Shown: positions 57,103-64,000 of the stretch, piece by piece | Numbering within the stretch: the stretch's first letter is position 1 | Layout of the letters: the number at the start of each line of letters is the position of its first letter | Assembly (NCBI GenBank): GCA_963706045.1 | Contig: CAVPLY010000002.1 | Location: 159,134 to 223,133 of the forward strand | Length of the DNA: 64,000 nt | Reading direction: 5' to 3' | DNA from: an uncultured Actinomycetota bacterium | GTDB taxonomy: Bacteria > Actinomycetota > Actinomycetes > JAHEKZ01 | Made by a program: the position numbers and the translations under genes | Notes under the pieces: generated by a model | Told to the model about the DNA's origin: nothing | What the model saw: the letters and a program-made list of their open reading frames with translations, nothing else | The model's database searches: none

Positions 57103-57227
57103 GGGGCCATGTCACACCGGTTCGAAATGACCGAACCGATCCAACATGGCGTTGATTCGGGGGGCGCGTAACTCGGGATCCCGTGCGGAGCTGGTTCGAA
57201 ATGACCGAACCGGTGTGGCATGGCCCC
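57103..57227. repeat. 125-bp composite palindromic element between convergent trpG and pknB
   Basis: The 18-nt terminal inverted repeats are ggggccatgtcacaccgg (57103-57120) and ccggtgtggcatggcccc (57210-57227), with 1 mismatch. There is an internal 20-nt direct repeat, ggttcgaaatgaccgaaccg (57119-57138 and 57193-57212), each copy a self-complementary hairpin. Confidence 0.8.
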
Positions 57228-57248
57228 GAAATGGGGTGGGGGTTGCGT

Positions 57249-58946
57249 CTAGGGGGGGTTGCCGTTGCCGTTGTTGGTCGTGGTGTCGCTGGGTGACGGG
57301 CTGGGGGACGCCGTCTCGGTGGGTGGAGGGGGTGCGGCCGCCACCGTGATCACGACGGTCGTACCGAGGCGAGCCAGGCTGCCTCCCTCCGGTGACTGGT
57401 CGAGCACGGTCCCAGCAGGCGCGCTGTCGGTCTCTTGGGTCACAGGAGTCACGGTGAACCCGGCGGCCTCAAGAGTGGCTGTTGCTGTCGCCACGCTGTC
57501 GCCAATCACGCTCGGCACCTGAACCTCGCCAGTGCTCACGAACAGGACGACCGTCGATCCGGCATCCTGCAAGGTGCCGCCCGCCGGGTCGGTGCGGACG
57601 ACGGTCCCCGCGGCGGCATCATCGTCGATCGGCTCTGTTTCGACGCGGAACTCCGCCTCTTGCACCTGGGCGATCGCCACCTGCTGGGACAGCCCCACCA
57701 CGTTGGGCACCTCGACCTGCTCTGGTCCGGCAGAGACCACCAGCGTGACGGTCGAGCCCTCGTCGGCCTCGGTGTCGGCAAGCGGGTCTTGGGTCAGCAC
57801 CGTGTTCTTCTTCACGTCGCTGGTCTGTGTCTCGACGTCGACCTTGAACCCCGCGTCATCGAGGGTCTGCTCAGCATTGGCCAGCTTGTCACCGACCACG
57901 TTCGGAACCGTCACGGTGTTGGAGTCGCCACCCAGCAGAGCCCAGGCACCCGCGCCTAGGAGCGCGATCGCCAGGATCACGCCGATGGCGAGGGCCCAGT
58001 ACGCGCCCTTGCGGCTCTTCTCCTCCTCCTCGGGCTCAGCGATGGCTGTCAGAGCCTGCGTGGGCGGCTCGGCCATGACCGGTGGCGCGGCAACAGTGGC
58101 CCCCTGCAGCGCACGGTTGATGTCGGTGCGCATCTCTGCTGCTGACTGATACCGGTTGGCCGGGTTCTTGGTGAGCGCCTTCATGACGATGGCATCGGCC
58201 TCGGGACTGATGTCGGGGTTCAGCGTTGACGGTGGCAGCGGGTTCTCGCGCACATGTTGGTAGGCCACGGCAACGGGCGACTCACCCTGGAACGGGGGAC
58301 GTCCCGTGAGCAGCTCGTAGAGCAGACACCCGGTCGAGTAGACGTCGGAGCGTGCGTCGACGGTCTCACCCCTGGCTTGCTCGGGCGACAGGTACTGGGC
58401 AGTGCCGAGGACGTTAGCTGTCTGCGTCATGGTCGCGCCGCTGTCCGCAACCGCTCGCGCGATGCCGAAGTCCATCACCTTGACGTCACCGTTAGTGGCC
58501 AGCATGACGTTGGCCGGCTTGATGTCACGGTGGACGATCCCTTGCCGGTGGCTGTACTCGAGCGCGCCCAGCACGCCGGTGGTGATCTCGAGGGCACGGT
58601 TCGGCATGAGGCGTTCGCCTTGACGCAGTAGCTCGCGCAAGGTCTGACCCTCGACGTACTCCATGACGATGTAGGGGACGCGGACACCTTCGAGCTCGTC
58701 CTCGCCGGTGTCGTAGACGGCGACGACCGAGGGGGCGTTGAGGGATGCGGCCGACTGAGCCTCTCGGCGGAATCGCGCCTGGAACGTTGCGTCGCGGGCC
58801 AGGTCGGTGCGAAGCATCTTGACGGCGACCGCGCGTCCGAGACGCAGGTCGGTGGCCTTGCGCACGTCGGCCATGCCGCCGTGCCCGAGCAGTTCGCCAA
58901 GCTCGTAGCGGCCGCCAAGCGTTCCGTTCGTCCTGTCGCCGCTCAC
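57249..58946 (-). CDS. pknB: Ser/Thr protein kinase with PASTA repeats (PknB)
   Basis: 565-aa ORF with GGMADVRKA, the VAVK lysine, HRDIKPAN, DFGIA and SPEQ. A TM segment is followed by three PASTA-like repeats (VPNVVGDK..., VPNVVGLSQ..., VPSVIGDS...) and a Pro/Ser tail. Confidence 0.92.
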   Translation of the reverse strand: MSGDRTNGTLGGRYELGELLGHGGMADVRKATDLRLGRAVAVKMLRTDLARDATFQARFRREAQSAASLNAPSVVAVYDTGEDELEGVRVPYIVMEYVEGQTLRELLRQGERLMPNRALEITTGVLGALEYSHRQGIVHRDIKPANVMLATNGDVKVMDFGIARAVADSGATMTQTANVLGTAQYLSPEQARGETVDARSDVYSTGCLLYELLTGRPPFQGESPVAVAYQHVRENPLPPSTLNPDISPEADAIVMKALTKNPANRYQSAAEMRTDINRALQGATVAAPPVMAEPPTQALTAIAEPEEEEKSRKGAYWALAIGVILAIALLGAGAWALLGGDSNTVTVPNVVGDKLANAEQTLDDAGFKVDVETQTSDVKKNTVLTQDPLADTEADEGSTVTLVVSAGPEQVEVPNVVGLSQQVAIAQVQEAEFRVETEPIDDDAAAGTVVRTDPAGGTLQDAGSTVVLFVSTGEVQVPSVIGDSVATATATLEAAGFTVTPVTQETDSAPAGTVLDQSPEGGSLARLGTTVVITVAAAPPPPTETASPSPSPSDTTTNNGNGNPP

Positions 58947-60382
58947 GGGAGCACCGCCTCCATCACATCTCGGGCGATGGGTCCAGCCACCGCTCCACCT
59001 GTGGCGTCGTCTCCAAGACGGCCGCCGTTCTCGACGATCACAGCGACCGCTACCTGCGGGTCTTCCGCGGGCGCGAAGGCCATGAACCAGACATGTGGGG
59101 GACGCTTGCCGTCCTGGGCGGTGCCGGTCTTGCCGCCCACGCTGACACCCGGAATCGCAGCGCCACTACCGGTGCCGTTGGACACCACGGTGACCATCAT
59201 CGCCTGCAACTCCCCGGCCACCTCGGGCGACACGGCCCGGGACAGAGGTTTCGGCTCGGTGATGTCGAGAGCGGCCAGGTCAGGCGCGCGTTCCTCGGCG
59301 ACGAGATAGGGCGTCATGACGACGCCGTCGTTTGCCACGCCGGCCGCCACCATGGCCATCTGCAGCGGGGTGGCGCGCACGTCGAACTGGCCGATGGCTG
59401 ACTGGGCGGTCTGCGGCGCGTTGAGATCATCGGGATACACGCTGGGCGCAACATCCAACGGAATGTCGATCTGTTTGTTAAAGCCAAAACGTTCTGCCTG
59501 CTGGTTGATCGCCTGGTCGCCGAGCTTGAGCCCCACCTTGGCGAAGGCGGTGTTGCACGAGATGGCCAGTGCCTCAGTCAGGGTGAGTGAGCCGCCGAGG
59601 CACGCACCGTCGAAGTAGTTGCCGATCGTGGCTGACGTGTCGGGCAGGTTGAGCAACGCCGGCCCCGGGATCTCAGTGGTGGGTGTGTAGTCGCCGCTGC
59701 TGAGGGCGGCTGCTGACACGACCACCTTGAACAGCGAACCGGGCGGGTAGACCTGCTGGATCGAGCGGTTGAGCAGAGGATCACCGGGATCCTTTCGCAG
59801 CTTCTCGTAGTTGTCGCTGACCTCGGTCGGGTCGTGGGACGACAGGAGGTTCGGATCAAAAGACGGCGACGAAGCCATCGCAAGAATCGCTCCGGTCTGT
59901 GGATCGATCGCGGCAACAGCGCCTTCCTGGCCGTCCAAGCCGTCAAAGGCCGCCGCCTGCGCGTCGGCGTCCAGGGTGAGGACGACGTTGCCACCCTGCT
60001 GCTGTTGACCTGAGAAGAGCGTGGTGAGCCGGTCGACGAAGAGCCGGTCGTCACTGCCGGCGAGCAGGTCGTTCTCGGCCTTCTCGATACCTGTCGCGCC
60101 GTACACCGAGTAGTAGCCCGTCGCCGGCGCGTAGGTGGGCCCGTCGCTGTAGACGCGCAGGTAGCGCAGGCGCTCATCGGTGGCCACCGACTTCGCCACC
60201 GTCTTGCGTCCCACCAGGATCGATCCGCGCTGCTGGTCGTACTCGTCGATGATCTGACGCCGATTGCCATCCTGCGCGCGAAGGGTGTCGTTCTGGATGA
60301 TGGCGATCACGTTGGCGTTGACCATGAGGGCGAGGATCAAGATCCCGAGGGCGACGGACGTACGTCGAATGGTCGCGTTCAT
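58943..60382 (-). CDS. pbpA: Class B penicillin-binding protein (PbpA, D,D-transpeptidase)
   Basis: 479-aa ORF with SxxK (GSLFKVV), SxN (AISCNT) and KTG (GGKTGTA). It has 4-nt overlaps with both neighbours. Confidence 0.88.
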   Translation of the reverse strand: MNATIRRTSVALGILILALMVNANVIAIIQNDTLRAQDGNRRQIIDEYDQQRGSILVGRKTVAKSVATDERLRYLRVYSDGPTYAPATGYYSVYGATGIEKAENDLLAGSDDRLFVDRLTTLFSGQQQQGGNVVLTLDADAQAAAFDGLDGQEGAVAAIDPQTGAILAMASSPSFDPNLLSSHDPTEVSDNYEKLRKDPGDPLLNRSIQQVYPPGSLFKVVVSAAALSSGDYTPTTEIPGPALLNLPDTSATIGNYFDGACLGGSLTLTEALAISCNTAFAKVGLKLGDQAINQQAERFGFNKQIDIPLDVAPSVYPDDLNAPQTAQSAIGQFDVRATPLQMAMVAAGVANDGVVMTPYLVAEERAPDLAALDITEPKPLSRAVSPEVAGELQAMMVTVVSNGTGSGAAIPGVSVGGKTGTAQDGKRPPHVWFMAFAPAEDPQVAVAVIVENGGRLGDDATGGAVAGPIARDVMEAVLP

Positions 60383-61758
60383 GACGAGACCTCACGGCGC
60401 CCTGAGTCAGGTGGACGACGTGCGACGTCACTGATCCGTAGCAGTAGGGCCACCAGGGCCCAGTTGGCGACCAACGACGATCCACCGTACGACAGGAACG
60501 GGGTCGTAAGACCGGTAAGCGGGATCAGTTTCATGACCCCCCCGATCACCACGAACACCTGGATGCCGACCGCTGCTGACAGGCCGGCAGCGAGCAGCTT
60601 GCCGAAGCCGTCGCGGCACGCGACGGCTGTGCGCATGCCGCGTTCGATGATGATGGCGTAGAGCGCCAGCAGTGCCATGACACCAGTGAGACCAAGTTCT
60701 TCGCCAAAGGCAGCCATGATGAAGTCGGTCTTGGCGAAGGGCACGAAGTCGGGGTGCCCCTGACCGAAGCCGACGCCCAAGACCCCTCCGCTCGCGAAGC
60801 CGTAAAGGCTCTGGGCGATCTGGAATCCGTCGCCCGCCTCGTCGGCGAAGGGGTCGAGCCAGATACGGACGCGCAGCTGAACGTGGTCGAACAGCTGGTA
60901 GGCGACGAGGGCGCCAGCTGCGAAGAGGAAGCCTCCGATGAAGATCCAAGACCGCCGCTCCGTCGCGATGTAGAGCATGGTGACGAAGAGACCGAAGAAG
61001 AGGAGGGACGTGCCTAGGTCTTGCTGGAAGACCAGCACGCCCAGGGACGCCGCCCACGCAACAAGGATCGGGCCAAGATCACGGCCACGGGGAAGGTCGA
61101 TACCGAACACCCGGCTGCGGGCAAGCGCGAGCACATCGCGCTTGACCACCAGGTAGCCGGCGAAGAATACGATCAGGACGATCTTGGCGATCTCTGCCGG
61201 TTGGAAGCTGAACGTGCGCGGGCCGAGGGCCACTCGCACCCAGATGCGTGCGCCATTGATCTCGGTGCCGATGAAGGGAAGGAGCGGAAGCACGAGGAGA
61301 AGTAGACCGATCAGCATCGCCGTGTACGTGTAGCGCTGCAGGACGCGGTGGTCTCGGACCAGGAGCAGCACGGCGACGAATAGCCCGACCGCGAGCACGA
61401 ACCAGCCGAGCTGTGCGACGTAGTCGGGGTCGACGGGGTCGAGGTCGTCGGCAAGATCGAGCCGGTGGATCATCGCGAGCCCAAGACCGTTGAGCAGCGA
61501 GACTGCAGGCAACAGCACGGGGTCGGCGTGCGGTGCCAGCCATCGCAGGCTCGCGTGGGCGACGACGAGGCCGCCCCCGAAGACCGCCGCGAAGGTGGTG
61601 AAGTCGGAGCTGAGCTGATCGAGCAGGACGATGTCGACCTGCGCGAAGGCCGCGACCGCGATGCCGTAGGCGAAGAGCAGCAGCCACACCTCGGTGCCTC
61701 GGCGTTGCCGGGGTGACTTCTGTGAAACGGCAGCCGGCTTGACGTCCAGGGCGCTCAT
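60379..61758 (-). CDS. rodA: FtsW/RodA/SpoVE family peptidoglycan polymerase
   Basis: 459-aa polytopic ORF with QPAEIAKI, DLGTSLLFF and GLTTPFLSYGGSSLVANW motifs. Confidence 0.88.
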   Translation of the reverse strand: MSALDVKPAAVSQKSPRQRRGTEVWLLLFAYGIAVAAFAQVDIVLLDQLSSDFTTFAAVFGGGLVVAHASLRWLAPHADPVLLPAVSLLNGLGLAMIHRLDLADDLDPVDPDYVAQLGWFVLAVGLFVAVLLLVRDHRVLQRYTYTAMLIGLLLLVLPLLPFIGTEINGARIWVRVALGPRTFSFQPAEIAKIVLIVFFAGYLVVKRDVLALARSRVFGIDLPRGRDLGPILVAWAASLGVLVFQQDLGTSLLFFGLFVTMLYIATERRSWIFIGGFLFAAGALVAYQLFDHVQLRVRIWLDPFADEAGDGFQIAQSLYGFASGGVLGVGFGQGHPDFVPFAKTDFIMAAFGEELGLTGVMALLALYAIIIERGMRTAVACRDGFGKLLAAGLSAAVGIQVFVVIGGVMKLIPLTGLTTPFLSYGGSSLVANWALVALLLRISDVARRPPDSGRREVSS

Positions 61759-62999
61759 GGCGTCCCCGGGCAGCCGGCCGGTGGGTTGTTCGCGGCGCAG
61801 CGCTGTGCTTCTTCAGCGAGCCGCTCGACGATCACGCGCGCGTCTTCGAGGTTCTCGGCGACGATGTCCTCTGCCACCTGCTCCTGCTCGAACTCGGGGA
61901 GCTCGTCGATGCCGACGGTCGAGGTCTCGACCAGACGCGACAGGTCGAGGCCGAACAAGGGATCGGTGGGGCCGCGGAATACAGCGACGACGTCGCCGGT
62001 CGTTCCCGGTGTGGTCGAGACGAAGTACTGACCCTGCGACCACGTGTACCAACCGACAACGGCACCGACCACGAGCCCGAGCAGCAGCATCCCAAGTGCG
62101 GTGAGAAAAAGGACGCGACGGCGAAGACGTCTACTGGGCTCATGGTCTTCGAGGTCATCGTCGCGTGCCAGCTGAGCGGCCCGGCCGGCTGGGGTGTCGG
62201 GGAGGTGCAGGCGCCGCGAGTGGCGCTGGACCCCCACAGCGCCGACCACCAAGGCGTCCTCGCCGTCGGCTTCGTCGTCGTCATCGAGAACATCGGCCAC
62301 GACGCAGGTGATGTTGTCGGGACCGCCGGCTTTCAACGCCAGGTCGACCAGCTCGTCAACGGTGTCTTGGGGATTGTCGGTGGCGAGCAGACTGGCAGCG
62401 ATCGTTTCCGAAGACACGACCCCCGACAGTCCGTCGCTGCACAGCAGGATGCGGTCGCCCGCCTTGATCTCGCGGATGGAGAGATCGGCCTCGGTGGGGT
62501 GGGCACCATCGAGGACGCGCGTGAGGACGTTGCGCTGTGGGTGCGTGACCGCCTCGTTCTCGGTGAGGCGTCCGGCATCTATCAACGACTGAACCAGCGT
62601 GTGATCTCGCGTGATCCGCTCGAGGACCCCGCCCCGCATCAGATAGGCGCGTGAGTCGCCGACGTGAACGAGGGCCAGTCGCGGCCCTTCGTGCACCAGG
62701 GCGGTGAGCGTCGTGCCCATGCCGCGTAGACGCGGCTCGGCGTCGACCAGCCCGCCCAACTGGTCTTCGATGCGACGAATGGCGTCTCCGAAGACCTCGA
62801 GCAGGTCACCACTTGGTTCGCCTTCGTCCAGGGAGGCGAGCGCGGCGACCGCCACAGAGCTGGCCACCTCGCCGGCAGCTGCTCCCCCCATGCCATCAGC
62901 GACGACGAGCAGATGAGGGCTGGCGTAGCCACTGTCCTCGTTGCCATCGCGAAGAAGACCGACGTCGGAACGCGCCGCGTAGCGCAGGGTCAGCGCCAT
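61755..62999 (-). CDS. pstP: PP2C-family Ser/Thr phosphatase with C-terminal membrane anchor (PstP)
   Basis: 414-aa ORF with RSDVGLLRDGNEDS, VADGMGGAAAGEVAS and GGPDNITCVVADV motifs, followed by a TM segment. Confidence 0.88.
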   Translation of the reverse strand: MALTLRYAARSDVGLLRDGNEDSGYASPHLLVVADGMGGAAAGEVASSVAVAALASLDEGEPSGDLLEVFGDAIRRIEDQLGGLVDAEPRLRGMGTTLTALVHEGPRLALVHVGDSRAYLMRGGVLERITRDHTLVQSLIDAGRLTENEAVTHPQRNVLTRVLDGAHPTEADLSIREIKAGDRILLCSDGLSGVVSSETIAASLLATDNPQDTVDELVDLALKAGGPDNITCVVADVLDDDDEADGEDALVVGAVGVQRHSRRLHLPDTPAGRAAQLARDDDLEDHEPSRRLRRRVLFLTALGMLLLGLVVGAVVGWYTWSQGQYFVSTTPGTTGDVVAVFRGPTDPLFGLDLSRLVETSTVGIDELPEFEQEQVAEDIVAENLEDARVIVERLAEEAQRCAANNPPAGCPGTP

Positions 63000-63015
63000 G
63001 GCGCGGCCAGCCGCA

Positions 63016-63510
63016 TCACTTGCGAAGCTCCATCACAGTCTTGCCAACGCGAATCGGTGTCGACAGGGGCACGCTCATGGCGCCGTTGACCCGGGTGCTC
63101 CGCAGGTACGTGCCGTTCGTCGATCCCAGGTCTTCGATGATCCAGCCCGACTCGTGTGGCGATATACGTGCATGGAGGTTTGAGGCGTAGTCGTCGTCAA
63201 TCACGACTGTGCAGTCAGAGGAACGCCCAACGGTGATGGGAGTCGTACCGAGCGTGATGGACGTGCCTGCCAACGAGCCTTCGACCACCGTGAGGACGCG
63301 GGCGCTTCCTTTGCGACTTCCCTTGGGTTTGGAGGCCTTGGATGGCCTGGCGGTAGATACCGGACGGCCGGCAGGTTTGGGAGCCCGGCTCTTCGTGACG
63401 CGAGGACCGAAGAGGTCAGAGCGCATGACGCCAGCCAGCGTGAGGACGAAGGTCCACAGCAGTACGAGAAAGCCGAGCCTCAGGACGGTGAGGGTGAGCT
63501 CTGACATCAC
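63016..63510 (-). CDS. fhaB: FHA-domain protein FhaB/FipA
   Basis: 164-aa ORF with an N-terminal TM and a C-terminal FHA domain (ITVGRSSDCTVVIDDDYASNLHARI...LGSTNGTYL). Confidence 0.82.
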   Translation of the reverse strand: MMSELTLTVLRLGFLVLLWTFVLTLAGVMRSDLFGPRVTKSRAPKPAGRPVSTARPSKASKPKGSRKGSARVLTVVEGSLAGTSITLGTTPITVGRSSDCTVVIDDDYASNLHARISPHESGWIIEDLGSTNGTYLRSTRVNGAMSVPLSTPIRVGKTVMELRK

Positions 63511-64000
63511 CCTCCCTGGTTTCGAAACACGATGCGCGTACTGCCAAGAGTGATGATCGACCCATCGGTGATGTCGGCCTGCTCAGAGCGCACGTCGTCG
63601 ACGATGGTGCCGTTGGTCGATCCGAGGTCAACGACACTAGGGGCAGGGCGTAGTCGGAGCATCGCGTGGCGTCGGGAGATGCCCGGATCGTTGATCCGGA
63701 CATCGGCCTCACTGCCCCGGCCGATCACGCTGACGTCCTGCGACAGCGGGATCTGCTGACCGGAGACGTCAAGCCAGGCCCGCGGTAGGTGCGTGTCCGG
63801 GGGGATCTCACCTGGTTCGGCCTCGCCCAACACGCGAAACAGTCCCGTCTCGAGGTCTTCGTCCTGCTTGATGTCGACGCTGAGCGGGCCGACGAAGGCG
63901 TATCCCTGGACGCCGGCGTGCTCGCGCACGACGTCGCTGAGCTCTCGGGAGAGGGCCTCGCGGTAGACGGTGAGTCGCTCGAAGTCGGTCGACGACAGGT
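63507..64000 (-). CDS. fhaA: FHA-domain protein FhaA (3' part; gene continues past the right edge)
   Basis: The frame is open to the window edge. The C-terminal FHA domain is VIGRGSEADVRINDPGISRRHAMLRL...LGSTNGTIV. The upstream part read by me (...FERLTVYREALSRELSDVVREHAGVQGYAFVGPL) fits the DUF3662 N-domain. Confidence 0.78.
   Translation of the reverse strand, partial: LSSTDFERLTVYREALSRELSDVVREHAGVQGYAFVGPLSVDIKQDEDLETGLFRVLGEAEPGEIPPDTHLPRAWLDVSGQQIPLSQDVSVIGRGSEADVRINDPGISRRHAMLRLRPAPSVVDLGSTNGTIVDDVRSEQADITDGSIITLGSTRIVFRNQGG

Noticed and set aside
57103-57227. Interpretation of the composite palindrome as a MITE
   Set aside because: Terminal inverted repeats are present, but I see no target-site duplication (flanks cattaa / gaaatg) and no second copy in this window. 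It is kept as a finding, but the mobile-element reading is unsupported.

Overview
High-GC (about 70% by eye, not computed) Actinomycetota chromosome segment centred on the replication origin. The core is the canonical arrangement rpmH-rnpA-yidD-yidC-jag-rsmG-parA-parB (minus strand) | dnaA-dnaN-recF-DUF721-gyrB-gyrA-DUF3566-tRNA-Ile-small ORF-tRNA-Ala (plus strand). DnaA-box clusters lie on both sides of dnaA, and two perfect parS palindromes lie in the parA and rsmG 5' ends. The left arm (1-37.8 kb) carries dnaB, rplI-rpsR-ssb-rpsF, xthA, a FemX/alanine-racemase-like pair, GNATs, a GT87-like membrane protein, ponA, a PadR regulator with ino1, an MFS transporter and cca. It continues with an MCP, a DUF6049-like protein, murJ, an NlpC/P60 endopeptidase, a pseudokinase, an ECF sigma/anti-sigma pair, trxBA and cwlM. 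The right arm (48.8-64 kb) carries a few accessory genes (membrane protein, esterase, decayed aminotransferase, serine hydrolase). It also holds the conserved cell-division block ppiA, rhomboid, crgA, DUF881, sortase E, trpG and pknB-pbpA-rodA-pstP-fhaB-fhaA. Gene order matches what I recall for M. tuberculosis Rv3907c-Rv3924c / Rv0001-Rv0020c and Rv0046c-Rv0058, and for Streptomyces. I saw no rRNA, CRISPR, transposase, integrase, prophage or recognisable defence genes, and I did not find a convincing new multi-gene system; this is mostly core chromosome. Observations worth a second look: (i) eight reading-frame interruptions in six genes, including essential gyrA; (ii) an orphan chemoreceptor gene in an otherwise conserved locus; (iii) a two-gene cell-wall insertion between murJ and its pseudokinase partner; (iv) a 125-bp composite palindromic element between trpG and pknB; (v) two small ORFs below the track cutoff; (vi) several candidate regulatory sites (PadR operator, SigH/SigR-type trxB promoter, DnaA-box-like motifs upstream of dnaB and rpsF). 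All family calls rest on motif recognition and remembered synteny, with no database search.
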